Counted from the first letter of the whole stretch, positions 23,676 through 35,491 are shown. The stretch is DNA of 63,760 bases, filler included, from Stramenopiles sp. TOSAG23-2 (GCA_900128395.1; 8 parts of 8 records of this genome joined end to end with filler, not necessarily neighbours in it), one strand, 5' to 3'. Program-made: numbers and translations. The notes: generated from the letters alone by a model not told the origin.

Positions 23676-24702
23676 CCTCTAATTTATCTTTGACAGCTTG
23701 TTTTAATGCCGTTAAGTTTCTGATTTTTTTACGTTTTTCAACATACTGACAGAATTATTCAAGGCTACATGCCTGCTAGAAAAATTAGCATGGGGATAGC
23801 ACGATACGCGCAAACAGCCTTAACCAGCTAACTATAATAAATAATAACTTTGCTAATTTTTTTAGGCAGTTAAACAAAACTCTCTTCTTTCTTCTTCTCA
23901 ACAATAATAGCAACTGCAATATGCAATACATATTGTAGTACATGCAAGATAATTAAATTAAATAAAAATAAATACATACAGACAAATATGCAAATACACT
24001 TTCGCTTCATACACACGGAATATAAATACCTGTGTAAAAAGGTTTCTAAACAAGTTTGACATTTGTTACGTGTTTAGGATTCATTTATCAGTGTGTAGAA
24101 ATCATTTTCTGGTGTTTGTTTTTATTTGCGCGGTGATTTTATTCTATATTCTATACGGTGTTGGGTATCGGCGTTGAGAGCTACGATCGTATAGACGTGT
24201 ATAGACCCTTTTCTAGGACGTCTAGAATAATATCCAACGGCGGTATAAAAAGATAGACAGGTGTGTGTAGCAATTGTTGCGAGCATATTATAGGTTAGCA
24301 AGTGTGGCTGGTGTGGTCGAACTTGTGTTGGAAATTATTCGGCAGTATTGGTGATTTCGTTGACAGTGGTTGAATATTTTTCTAAAAAGGTAGTAAACGA
24401 CCTGATTAAATCAGAGGTTTCAACGGGTGTAGGGATATTTTTTTGGAGAGCAACTGCCAAACCGGGTCAGAAAAGCGGTAGAAGGGATAGAAAGTTCCTA
24501 ACGCCACTACCGTTATCTAACATTCTAAACTGTGTTGGTGACTTTGGATTGGAAATCCTTAGTGTGAAGTTTTATAGAAACGAGGAATCAGAGGGTTCAA
24601 CGAGCTATTGGATAGTACCCTGACGTATAAAAACATACACGGATATAAAAACGTAGAAAAGGCGGATATAGGTATTAGTATCGACCGAATCTAACTAGAA
24701 TT

Positions 24703-26109
24703 ATGCTTTCTAATGTTACAACGATATTCAATCCGCTGGATGAACCCAATAAAAATGATGGTAATAATAGTGATAGAAGTAAGTTGAAGCAAGAAAAAGA
24801 AAACAAATTCACAAATGAGGAAATAAAAGCAGTAATTTCCATACAAAGAGCATGGAAAAAAATCAGAAACTTAACGGCATTAAAACAAGCTGTCAAAGAT
24901 AAATTAGAGGCATCGAAACTAAACAAAAGAAAATTATTGTCTGGCATTCTCATATTTATTGCGCATAGCATTAGGATTGGACAGTATATACAGCAGTGGA
25001 TAAACGAAGTTCGTGTAGATTCAACCTATGTTACAGTAGCATGTCTGTATCTTACACTCCTAATATGGGCAATTATTTTACCATTACAAGATAAATTCCG
25101 GTTGAAACTATATTTAGGAATGTCGGTAGCTGGTCCGTTTGCCTTGAGTATTTTGCACTTTATTGTTGTTACGTTTTTATTCTCTCGATGGCAGTTCATA
25201 ATTGAAACTGTCTTATTAATTTTCATGTCATATTTGTTTTACTGGCTTTTGGAATCCATGAGTATTATTATACAATATATATACAAAAACGATATTTATG
25301 GTGTATCCATTCGTATTGCTGGAAAGATTTTGTCTACATTGCCTGTTTTGAGCTACCTATTGTTTGGTGGGTTTTCAACTAGTATGGTTTCTGGCGTATA
25401 CTACGGAGAAATGTGCAAATATGTACCCGGGAGCTTTAAAGAACAATATAAAGACATCATTGGAAGGCCAGGAACTACGTGGTTTAATTGTTCATATTAT
25501 TATTCCAATAAAACTATGAATGATGACGAAAGTAGACAAAAACTTGATGATTATTTCCCTGAGGAACCGTCATCAATTAAACAAGTTATGCTTCAACAAG
25601 AAATGAAACAATACGTTGCTATGGAAGTGTATACCTCAACCAACCAACATCAATCTATTGAAATTCTTTTCTTACTTTTGTCGATGCAAATTCTTATGCG
25701 TATCTGCCGATTAACTGTAAATGACATTCTATCGCTACAGCTTTCTGCATGGGAGCTAGGTCTGGGCTTTATAAATCTTCTCAGGGTTTTGGTAATATTA
25801 ATTGCTAGTAGTTTAAATTTAGAATTGTATAAACCATCTGCAATCTATCAATTATTGGGTATAGTTAAGTATTTGATGTGGGTACTTTATATTATAACAT
25901 TTGGCATAGGTATCAAGCTTGTTCGTGATGCAAAACTAAGTTTAAGATTTGACCAGAAGAAGGAGGAGGAGGAGGATGATAAAATTGAAGGGGAAAATAA
26001 CAAAAAGAAGAGGGCTTCAAAGTCAGTACAACTAATACGTAGACGTTCCCGGCGCGAGAGCTCGATACACATTAAAAAAAGCATTGTCTCACTGGATTCT
26101 ATCGTTTAA
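24703..26109 (+). CDS. Polytopic membrane protein with an N-terminal IQ-like motif
   Basis: AVISIQRAWKK IQ-like motif; multiple TM segments; basic C-terminal tail. Confidence 0.7.
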   Translation: MLSNVTTIFNPLDEPNKNDGNNSDRSKLKQEKENKFTNEEIKAVISIQRAWKKIRNLTALKQAVKDKLEASKLNKRKLLSGILIFIAHSIRIGQYIQQWINEVRVDSTYVTVACLYLTLLIWAIILPLQDKFRLKLYLGMSVAGPFALSILHFIVVTFLFSRWQFIIETVLLIFMSYLFYWLLESMSIIIQYIYKNDIYGVSIRIAGKILSTLPVLSYLLFGGFSTSMVSGVYYGEMCKYVPGSFKEQYKDIIGRPGTTWFNCSYYYSNKTMNDDESRQKLDDYFPEEPSSIKQVMLQQEMKQYVAMEVYTSTNQHQSIEILFLLLSMQILMRICRLTVNDILSLQLSAWELGLGFINLLRVLVILIASSLNLELYKPSAIYQLLGIVKYLMWVLYIITFGIGIKLVRDAKLSLRFDQKKEEEEDDKIEGENNKKKRASKSVQLIRRRSRRESSIHIKKSIVSLDSIV

Positions 26110-26249
26110 ATTATTGTTAAAACCTTCCATCTGTATCATCAGTCAGCATTAAGCAGCACAACGACTACACGATGTAACTCTGATTGTATAGAATGTATAA
26201 CAATATAAATGGCATAAATATTGAATCATTATCATATACTTATCATCGT

Positions 26250-26669
26250 TTATAGGATGATTTCAAGGTGTTGAAGATAACTGGCATTTCACTAAACTCT
26301 ACCAATATAAGCTTTCCACATCCTCGTAAGAATCTTATCTACATCGTCAGGCTTCTGAGAGACAGCTATGGATAGTCTCAGCCGCTTACGAGCCGATAAA
26401 AAGTTCATCTGATATCAGACTGTTCGATTCGAAGCGTTCTGAAATCGTTCACCACGCTTCTGAGCTTCTCATAAGCTCATAAGCGTGTCGTTTTTTAAAG
26501 AATGTTTGTACTTTTTTATATACTTCCATATAGGCTCTACCATGTTGTCGTCTTGGTAGTGTTGGGATACATAGTCTACGAGTGCGTCGTACTCGCTGAT
26601 AGCGGATAGTTCGTAGTAGATAGCATGATAGCATTCATAATTCATAAAGACTTGCTGAATAGAGGCCAT
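26250..26669 (-). pseudogene. Possible decayed ORF with in-frame stops
   Basis: ORF 26469..26669 continues in frame past TGA as EAQKRGERFQNASNRTV*YQMNFLSARKRLRLSIAVSQKPDDVDKILTRMWKAYIGRV. Confidence 0.3.
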
Positions 26670-27512
26670 TCTGTACTGAAAGTATACTGATGAATAATCA
26701 GGTTTAATAGTTGTTTTGTATACGAAAGGGTATGTTATAATACTAAGAAAAGCTACTGATGCATTCGCCTATTCGTATCGGATACGGACGACCCTAGTTT
26801 TCACACTGATGTATTCGCATATTCGTAGAGTATTCTGACGACCCAAGTTTTCGGATATTTTGTTTTGATGCAAAAACCGTCAAAATGGACCTGACTATTG
26901 GAAATAGTTCATAGGCTTCAATACGTTCCGACACTACAAAACGATTAGGCTACCGAGCAAAATAAGGGTGCTATTTTAGGAGGTTTTTAACAGGGACACA
27001 GGATGGATATATGCTAGTACGGTGATACCACTACACTCTTCGAGCACCGAAATAATATGGAGACCCCGACTCTTCGAGCTTTGTATATCGTAACTCGTAA
27101 ATGTCTGAACCATGGTGTTAGAGCTTGCCTTTGTACTTAGGCTTATTATTCGGGTAGTCTAATTTGAACTACTAATAATGTACTTAACAACTCCACTACT
27201 AAAAAACAAATACACAATAATAATTGAATGGATGATCAACTCTTCTCCACCATTATTTTTTTTTATTATTGGCACATTGCACTATTATTATTTATTATTA
27301 TATTAGATATAGCAACATACATTCTAATTCTGGCATTCCATTGGCATTACAAAAGTTAGTGCAATCATAAGTAAAGAACAAATTGTATCTAAACATACAC
27401 ATTCTATATCATATTACATCGCAATAAATACCAATCATATTTCCGTCATTGTTAACATACTTTAAAAGCCAATAATAATAATATTATAACACATCTTATT
27501 GTTTGTTTAACC

Positions 27513-28868
27513 ATGCCGAAGAAAACGATTGCATATTTTTATGATTCGGAAGTTGGAAATTATCACTTTGGATATGGACATCCTATGAAACCACACCGTG
27601 TACGGATGGCACACGAATTAATTGTTAATTATGGATTATATCAACAAATGAAAATTTATAAACCAAAAATAGCTAGTAAACAAGATTTGATGAAGTTTCA
27701 TTCAGAGCCATATTTAAACTTTTTAGAAAAAATTACACGAGAAACAATTCAAGATAATATTGAAGATATGAAACAATTTAGTGTTGGGCAAGATTGTCCA
27801 GTTTTTGAAGGTGTCTATGAGTTTTCAAAAATATGTGCAAGTGGTTCTATAGGCGGCGCAGAAAGATTAAATGAAGGTAGTGCAGACATTGCAGTCAATT
27901 GGTCTGGTGGTTTGCACCATGCGAAAAAGAGTGAAGCTAGTGGTTTTTGTTATATCAATGATTGTGTTTTATCTATTATCGAGTTATTAAAAGTTCATGA
28001 ACGTGTGTTGTATTTAGATATTGATATCCACCACGGCGATGGTGTCGAGGAAGCGTTTTTGACGACTAACCGTGTTATGACATGTTCATTTCATAAATAT
28101 GGCGATTATTTTCCTGGAACCGGTAGTGTAAACGATGTTGGTGTTAATGCAGGGGAAAATTATTCAATCAACTATCCATTGAATGATTGGATCGATGATG
28201 CAACATATGTGGATATTTTTCAAACAGTAGTTGGAGATATCATGAATAAATTTGCACCTGGTGCAATTGTGTTGCAATGTGGTGCTGATTCACTTGCTGG
28301 AGATCGTTTGGGATTATTTAATTTAACGTTGAAAGGCCATGCGGAATGTGTTAAATTTGTTAAATCATTCGATGTGCCAGTCATGATATTAGGTGGCGGT
28401 GGTTATACGATGCGCAATGTCGCGCGTTTATGGACATATGAAACCTCCGTCTTGTTAGATACAGATATAAGCAACAATTTACCAGCGAATAAATATTTTG
28501 AATATTTTGGACCAAATTATAAATTGCATATTGATGCATTAAGTAGCCCACAACATAAAAATGAAAATACAAGTGAATATTTACAAAACATTACAGCACA
28601 TGTGTTGGATACATTACGTAAAATTCAATCTAGTCCAAGTGTCCAAATCAACACCGGCCAACCAGGTACTGGGGGATTAAATAAAGATACCAATTTTACT
28701 AGAAGCGATATTGATAGCTCAGAGAAAGACAACGTGGATATTACGAAAGATAAATTACATTTAGAAGGGAAAGATGAACGTGTTGTGGACATAGATAGTA
28801 CTACACAAAGTAAAGGGGAATTTTACGATGGAGATAAGGATCAAGATGGTGATGTAGCAATGAGTTGA
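27513..28868 (+). CDS. HDAC1: Class I histone deacetylase (RPD3/HDAC1-like)
   Basis: GHPMKPHRVRM, GGLHHAKKSEASGFCYIND, DIDIHHGDGVEEAF, QCGADSLAGDRLG and GGGGYT motifs. Confidence 0.95.
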   Translation: MPKKTIAYFYDSEVGNYHFGYGHPMKPHRVRMAHELIVNYGLYQQMKIYKPKIASKQDLMKFHSEPYLNFLEKITRETIQDNIEDMKQFSVGQDCPVFEGVYEFSKICASGSIGGAERLNEGSADIAVNWSGGLHHAKKSEASGFCYINDCVLSIIELLKVHERVLYLDIDIHHGDGVEEAFLTTNRVMTCSFHKYGDYFPGTGSVNDVGVNAGENYSINYPLNDWIDDATYVDIFQTVVGDIMNKFAPGAIVLQCGADSLAGDRLGLFNLTLKGHAECVKFVKSFDVPVMILGGGGYTMRNVARLWTYETSVLLDTDISNNLPANKYFEYFGPNYKLHIDALSSPQHKNENTSEYLQNITAHVLDTLRKIQSSPSVQINTGQPGTGGLNKDTNFTRSDIDSSEKDNVDITKDKLHLEGKDERVVDIDSTTQSKGEFYDGDKDQDGDVAMS

Positions 28869-29403
28869 GAAGAGACAGGGGGAGAGACAGTGGGAGAGAG
28901 AGAGAGAGAGAGATAGAGAGAGAAATATATATATATATACTCGTATGATATATGATATATATTATACGAATATGATATATATATTTATTTTTAAAAAAAT
29001 AATTAATTTAATTTACGCATAATTTATTTGCCTTGGTAGTGTCACACATTAATACGACACGTACATTTTAATAGAATATAATACGAGCACATATTTTATG
29101 TATTTTTTTAAACTACTTCGTAATACCGAACGTACGTATGGTTCGTATTATTATATATATATCATATACACTCGTAATTAATATATTAATATTTAATATT
29201 ATACGTGGGGAAATATCAACACACTCGTGTGAGATAGATTATTTCAGTTATTGTATTCTTTTGAAAGAGTACGAATTATCATGAGTAAATTAAAACAATA
29301 AATTATGCGTAAATTAAATTATTTTTAATTATTACGTACGAGTCGTAATTATATATTAATAACATCGGCCATAATTTCAATAACGGTTGTTACCATTTTT
29401 GCA

Positions 29404-31281
29404 TTAAAAATTGGTAGTACCAGGAGCTGCACGATACTTATTATACCCCGAATATGATTGTGGCGCTGGTGGGGGGTTATACATTGTATTGTTCATTGTC
29501 ATATTATTATTATTCATAGACATTACATTATTATGATGTGTCATTCTTCCATTATTCATCATCCCTCTACTAGTATTATTCATATAACCCATTCTTCCAT
29601 TCATGCCTGTCGCATTCATATTGCGATACATATTAACATTATTATTGTAGCCTGTGTTATATGGATTATTATTGCCAAATGCATTTCTTGGTGCCATTGG
29701 CTGTGCTTGCACCACTGGTCTCCCGATGATACCAGATGGCCTTATATATGTCCCACTCACTACTGGAGGCGGTGAGGGGGACATAGGCGGTGCTAGATTT
29801 CCAGCCATTGAGTACTTAATATCGTTGTTTAAGAATGATCTCACCTGACGATGAGGCGCAGCTTGGGGACGAATGACTCTTGCACGAGGCAATACTTTCG
29901 GCTTCCTTCGTGCTTCACGAGCGCGGCTTTGCATACTAGATGTTTGCCTTGGTGCAACTGTAGGTTTCACTTGTTGTGGAACTCCAGAGTATTTTTCAGG
30001 ATTGGCAAAATAATAATTTACCGCTCGTTCCACGTCTCCACCTGCTTTATCTAGCAATTCATTAGCATGTCTATCACTTATGTCTCCAACAATTGCACGT
30101 AAATGGCCTAAGGCACCTGCATCAAACTTTTGCACTGATAATGCACGACGCCTAACTTCTGCTTTCGTGTTATTAGCATTTCTATCGGTTTGAAGAACTG
30201 GAGCAGAGCGAGTATTAGGAAGCACTGGTGCTGTTGGCCTTGGCTTTGATATTGATGGTGGTGCTACCACTACTGGTGCCACTAGTACATTTTCTACTTT
30301 AGGATGCTGCCCACTTGCAAAATAATAATTAATGCAGCTCTCAACATTCCCGTTAAAATCTTCTAGCATTTTATTAGCTTCCTCATCTGAAATGTTACCA
30401 AGGATAGCTCGAAGTTGCGTATATGTTTCTGCGGGAAATTGCTGTTCATTTTGCACTGCTACAGCATTGTTGTTATTATGATCAGGCCCAACTTCTACTA
30501 CTTTAGGATGCTGCCCACTTGCAAAATAATAATTAATGCAGCTCTCAACATTCCCGTTAAAATCTTCTAGCATTTCATTAGCTTCCTCATCTGAAATGTT
30601 ACCAAGGATAGCTCGAAGTTGTGCATATGTTTCTGCGGGAAATTGCTGTTTATTTCGCACTGCTACAGCATTGTTGTTATGATTTACTTCTTCTTGACTT
30701 GGACGATGTTGCATAGCTACTGCAGGTTGATTCTGACGTTGTTGACGCTGTTGATCAAGCCCAACTGGATTCACTGTAAAGGGAGCATATACATTGTTTG
30801 GTGCGGTTCCAGACATTCGCCGTTGTATCGATGCTCTTCGATTTTCATTATTACTGCCATCTCTGCCGATACTGGCATTTAAAATATTTGATCCTTCCGT
30901 AGCAAGAGCATTACGATCCGTTTTGAACAACGTTATGCCAAGTGAAGCAATTTGTTTCCTTCCAGAATTTAATACGCGAAAACCATTTGGTTGTGCACGT
31001 TGTTGTGTCGGTATTTGTTGCAAAGATATCCTTGATACACCAACCTGGCGTGAATTCTTTTTTGTCAACAATTCACATAGTAACATTTGCTCGCCACCAT
31101 ACTGAAAGGTTACTTTCTCATCAACAATACCCATTTTTCCTATAGCTGGCGTTTTCAATACCTTATTTCCTAAAGAACATTTGATATAAATATCTTTTGA
31201 GGTAAGATATTTTGTCAAATGGTTATCAATATCTATAACTTGATGCAAGTGTATCACAAGCAACGGTTTTTGGGTGGACAT
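29404..31281 (-). CDS. C2-like domain protein with three UBA-like repeats and an Asn/Met-rich tail
   Basis: N-terminal beta-rich C2-like segment; three LRAI.G.ISD..AN..L....G.VE...NYYF repeats, two of them a near-identical 204-bp duplication. Confidence 0.75.
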   Translation of the reverse strand: MSTQKPLLVIHLHQVIDIDNHLTKYLTSKDIYIKCSLGNKVLKTPAIGKMGIVDEKVTFQYGGEQMLLCELLTKKNSRQVGVSRISLQQIPTQQRAQPNGFRVLNSGRKQIASLGITLFKTDRNALATEGSNILNASIGRDGSNNENRRASIQRRMSGTAPNNVYAPFTVNPVGLDQQRQQRQNQPAVAMQHRPSQEEVNHNNNAVAVRNKQQFPAETYAQLRAILGNISDEEANEMLEDFNGNVESCINYYFASGQHPKVVEVGPDHNNNNAVAVQNEQQFPAETYTQLRAILGNISDEEANKMLEDFNGNVESCINYYFASGQHPKVENVLVAPVVVAPPSISKPRPTAPVLPNTRSAPVLQTDRNANNTKAEVRRRALSVQKFDAGALGHLRAIVGDISDRHANELLDKAGGDVERAVNYYFANPEKYSGVPQQVKPTVAPRQTSSMQSRAREARRKPKVLPRARVIRPQAAPHRQVRSFLNNDIKYSMAGNLAPPMSPSPPPVVSGTYIRPSGIIGRPVVQAQPMAPRNAFGNNNPYNTGYNNNVNMYRNMNATGMNGRMGYMNNTSRGMMNNGRMTHHNNVMSMNNNNMTMNNTMYNPPPAPQSYSGYNKYRAAPGTTNF

Positions 31282-31735
31282 TGTATATTATGCTGTTTTA
31301 TGTATTAAATAAAGTTGTTTATTCTATTTGTGGAAACAACCTATGTAATTGATGATAATGTAAATGTAAATCTCCAGTTCACTCAAAAATCATCCAATGT
31401 GTATGTACATATTGTGATTTCACATCATTATTATACAAGTTAAAGTTAAAGAAGTAATTATATTATTTTTTATTTTTTATCTTAACAACAACCACCTTAC
31501 TCTCACATTACCTGGTATTACCTGTAATGTAAAATACCTCGTAAAATACTTAAGGGCTTTGGATTAACAACTTTAATCAAAAAAATTTTAAATATTCATT
31601 ATTATTCTAGAATTATATTTAAATATATTTAAACAAAAAAAGAAGGGCACGCAAGGAGGGAAGTTTCAAAAATCAAAACAGATTTTTATAAAAATACCAA
31701 GCTGGCAAGCCTTAGGCAAGAAGTTTTTCTTTTAT

Positions 31736-32356
31736 TTATTTCATTGTACCCATTGTATAATGAATATTTTCACAAAAGCAATCAGGATCTGTTTCACCAA
31801 CTTTAGAACAAACATAAGCCCCTTGGCTATCACTTCTATTTAAATAAAAACATGAAATTGGATAAGCTCCTTCCCGATTCTTAGTCTCATTTTGATTATT
31901 ACATATAAATCGTTTATTTAAACCATTTGAATCCAATATTGCAAATTGGCAAGGTGGTGCCTTACGTGTTTCTTCTTGGCATTGAAAACCCCAACGCGAT
32001 TCAAAAATGGACATGTTATTTATATTTTTTTTGTTTGCTGGCAAATTTAACTGGCAAAACACGTCTTTATTCAAATGAAACATTGGCCCTGTAACATTAG
32101 TACCACGAAATGTCCCTCTTACAATTCTAGAACTTTTTATAAAGGATAACGGACCAGACAATAAAGGGTTATCTGAAAAACGTACTTCTACCAACTTGTT
32201 CATGTTCGACAAAACACTTAAATCTCCAGAAATTCCTTCGTTGTTGAAATATATGTATTTTAAATTCATCAATTTCCCCCATGACTGTGGAATCAATCTT
32301 TGTAGATACTTTTCTCTATTGCAATTTCTATTGTTAGAGAAGCTAATAGTGTACAC
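31736..32356 (-). CDS. Leucine-rich-repeat protein fragment (no good start; partial or pseudogene)
   Basis: IPQSWGKLMNLKYIYFNNEGISGDLSVLSNMNKLVEVRFSDNPLLSGPL resembles plant-type LRRs; the ORF begins at GTG after upstream stops. Confidence 0.45.
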   Translation of the reverse strand: MYTISFSNNRNCNREKYLQRLIPQSWGKLMNLKYIYFNNEGISGDLSVLSNMNKLVEVRFSDNPLLSGPLSFIKSSRIVRGTFRGTNVTGPMFHLNKDVFCQLNLPANKKNINNMSIFESRWGFQCQEETRKAPPCQFAILDSNGLNKRFICNNQNETKNREGAYPISCFYLNRSDSQGAYVCSKVGETDPDCFCENIHYTMGTMK

Positions 32357-32810
32357 CTCTTTCTGTATTTTTTGCTATTTCAGTAAATGTTTCTAAAGTA
32401 GTTTGTTGAATACTTCTTCCATCATTCACTATGATATCCTTCTTCTCCATTTTATATCGTATTATGGTATACTATGTCTTAAAAAAAAAAAAGAACGGAT
32501 ACAAAATATTAAAATAAAAAACAAAACAAATACATATATATCTATATCTATCTTCAACAACAAATCATTTTGATTTATAATTATATATTATTTTTTATTG
32601 GAAAAATGATGTGAAGAAATCCTCCTGTGATGACTGAGAGTTTGTACTGTGCTACTACTATGCTGCTACTTACTATAAACTTACATGTATTATTTTAAGC
32701 TGATGTGAGTGAGAAGAAATCCAGAAATGTGTACGTGCATTTTTGCTTTTTTCTGAATTTCTTTTTACCTTAAATGGAAATCTATTATTAAACTATTATA
32801 ACTAGATAAC

Positions 32811-32912
32811 TAGTGATGGCCACGGCAAGAAAAACAATTCACGCCCGACCACGGCATCTGGGAAAAATCCACAACCGACCACGGTTTGACGGCGTTTTTG
32901 ACGCCGTCACTA
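32811..32912. mobile_element. Possible 102-bp micro-MITE
   Basis: TAGTGATGGC ... GCCGTCACTA (9/10 inverted match), TAAC on both flanks, three internal CCACGG repeats and a 9-bp stem hairpin. Confidence 0.4.
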
Positions 32913-33731
32913 TAACTGTTTACTATTGAAAAAAATATCAAGCCTATTTAGTTCTATAGGCATATTCCGTTATAGCCGTTTCGCATGTTTCACACGTGTC
33001 CTCGATATAGACATTTTCCCACGAGAGGATACATCATCTACACAAAGAAATATTTGTAATGGATGATTGTACATCAAAAACGGGCGGTCTATCTCGTCTA
33101 TCAGTTAAAAAAAGAAACAGAAGCTTTGAACACACCACTCTTCGTCAACCAACCATCAAACAACAAACAAACGTTTGCAGAAACAAACAAATACAGTTGT
33201 AAACACCCATATTCAAAACTTTCGAATTGCCAAGCATACGCATACAATCATAAATGGGTCGTGTTGCTGTTGGTCCCCAACGGGAAGAGTCGAAAGAGCG
33301 GCAGGTCGTTAATTTATATGAAGTTCTAGACGATAGATTTGCTCACGAGGGTTGTTGCAGGCCACTCGTTAGAATGTTAACACACAATTTTACGAAATAA
33401 CATTTAACAAGATCTATAAAAAAGTGGAAGCAATGAGTTCGTGAGATACCTGGTATTAATAAAAAATTTTAAAATATTTTTATTTTTATAGACCAGAGTA
33501 AGAGAGAAAAATCCCTCTGTGTGTATATTTTATACCTGGTCGCAAATATTTATTAAGTTAGTCTCTATAATTTTATTTTTTATTTTAGGATTCTAGTAAC
33601 TAGATTGTTTTCTGCCATAATATGATATTTATGTGTGTGTGTGTGTGTGTGTGTGTGTGGTTTTTAAAGTGTATTGATATTACGAAATATTCGTATCATA
33701 GGTAAATATATATTACCAAAAATGTGTGCGT

Positions 33732-34367
33732 TCATCCAATATTCGCCCCCAAGCGCTCGCCTAAAAGTCTCAAAGCATTGAGATCTAGATTAAATGCAGT
33801 CTGAGTACCATGATCCTCTTTCGTCAACAACACACAACAGCCCATACTCTGGTAGAATGCTCGGCTGTTTTCATCGTCTACACACCAACAAAAAGCTTTC
33901 TCAACGGAGAACGCTTTTATTGCATGCGAAGCCGCTATGCACAGCATCCGCTTCCCTATTCCTCGTCGTTTCCACTCAGGCAGTACATACAAACTCATTA
34001 ATTCGACACTAAAGTCTTTTGTCATTATTCCAGAATCATTATTCTGTAGCTTCCTGCCTCGTTGGAAACGAGCAAAACCAACAATCTCAGGATATCCAGG
34101 GTACTTTACCGTTTCTGCAACAATATATACCTGGTCTGAACTGATGAGCCGTTTAGCCCAAATACCGTTCCATTTTGCATTGAAGTAAAACTCTGTTGGT
34201 GCATCTGCCTCCTCATAATACACAAACCCTGTAGAAAAAAAAACGCGCCTGATGTGGTCGCAGTCTTGCACTGTTCCTACTCTATATTGGATATGACACT
34301 CGGTAACAGGCTTTGGTTCCCATACCTTTTTAGTTGTGTCAACTGCATCTGATACTGCAGTGCTCAT
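33732..34367 (-). CDS. GNAT-family N-acetyltransferase
   Basis: IVGFA, ELMSLYVLPEWKRRGIGKRML and N..SRAFYQSMG motifs; ATG at 34367. Confidence 0.85.
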   Translation of the reverse strand: MSTAVSDAVDTTKKVWEPKPVTECHIQYRVGTVQDCDHIRRVFFSTGFVYYEEADAPTEFYFNAKWNGIWAKRLISSDQVYIVAETVKYPGYPEIVGFARFQRGRKLQNNDSGIMTKDFSVELMSLYVLPEWKRRGIGKRMLCIAASHAIKAFSVEKAFCWCVDDENSRAFYQSMGCCVLLTKEDHGTQTAFNLDLNALRLLGERLGANIG

Positions 34368-34593
34368 AGATATTGGTAAAAAATGCCTCCTGATGTGCGT
34401 CAACCATAAGCATATATGTATATATGTTTTTGAAACTTTTTTTTTAAAAAGTATTATTATTATTTAGATTATTATAAATTAATAATCCGTAAATAATAAT
34501 AATATTATAAATAATAATAATCGTGGTGCAAAATGCAAAATCATCATCAAATAATTCAAAATATAATAGCTTGCATACGCTATACTACTCGAA

Positions 34594-35205
34594 GTGAAAA
34601 TGGCACCTATCAACATGATGTAATCTATTTTATACTTATATTTAACCAAAATGACAAAAATGTATATTTTTAATTTTTTGATAACATAAATTTCCGAAAA
34701 TATTTATATTTTATTCAAGGCCACATCCATCAACTGTGGCACTGTGGCACATTCAAGTACAGCCAAAATGGCCAAAATACCACCCGGCACTCTCAACTAT
34801 TCCAAAATTTCCGAAAATATTTATATTTTATTCAAGGCCACATCCATCAACTGTGGCACATACACACATACAGCCAAAATGGCCAAAATACCACCCGGAA
34901 CTCTGAACTTTTCCAAAATCTATAGATGTCATTTTTGCCTTTTTGATAGGAAGCTTATACTTGTTAGTGCTCAAATATTTCTATAGATGTCACGTCAGCA
35001 ATTTTAGGTACAAAAATCGTACTTCTTAGAATATACTAATCTTTCCTAGTTGCCATTTTCACACCGAGTCTATTCGTCGCTTCGCTCCTCAGAGTGAAGT
35101 GCACGAAATAGACGAGGGCACCGTGTAGACGGAATCCATCATCGGAATCTAAATGGGAATCATGGAATCATCGCGGTGTGAAAATGTGAAAATGGCACCT
35201 ATCAA
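34594..35205. repeat. Complex repeat cluster: 117-bp tandem duplication plus 20-bp direct and inverted repeats
   Basis: 34689.. repeats at 34806..; GTGAAAATGGCACCTATCAA at 34594 and 35186; inverted TGCCATTTTCAC at 35051. Confidence 0.75.
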
Positions 35206-35391
35206 ATTAGATATACTCTATCAAGTACGATTTAGGTAAGTACGAGGAACGAGGATACCTAAAAAAACGTGTATGGTGCTATGTGATTGTGTATTGTGGT
35301 CCATGTTGTGTACGTTGGCCCTTTTCCAAAACAGTCAGGACGCAGGACTAACCCATGATAGGGCCACGCTCAGTTTAAGTACAAGCCAACG

Positions 35392-35491
35392 NNNNNNNNN
35401 NNNNNNNNNNNNNNNNNNNNNNNNNNNNNNNNNNNTTAATTAATTAANNNNNNNNNNNNNNNNNNNNNNNNNNNNNNNNNNNNNNNNNNNN
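35392..35491. other. Artificial contig spacer
   Basis: N44-TTAATTAATTAA-N44 linker. Confidence 0.98.

Noticed and set aside
23676-23730. Exact inverted copy of coding sequence 24856-24910 at the contig start
   Set aside because: Exactly 55 bp at a contig tip, a common assembler k-mer size, and typical of an amplification inversion chimera; not treated as a terminal inverted repeat
23731-24660. Compositionally distinct stretch with a repeated AATCAGAGG(T/G)TTCAACG and ORF 24348..24623
   Set aside because: Frames are interrupted by stops and no motif is recognisable; it may be decayed foreign DNA but I cannot support a call
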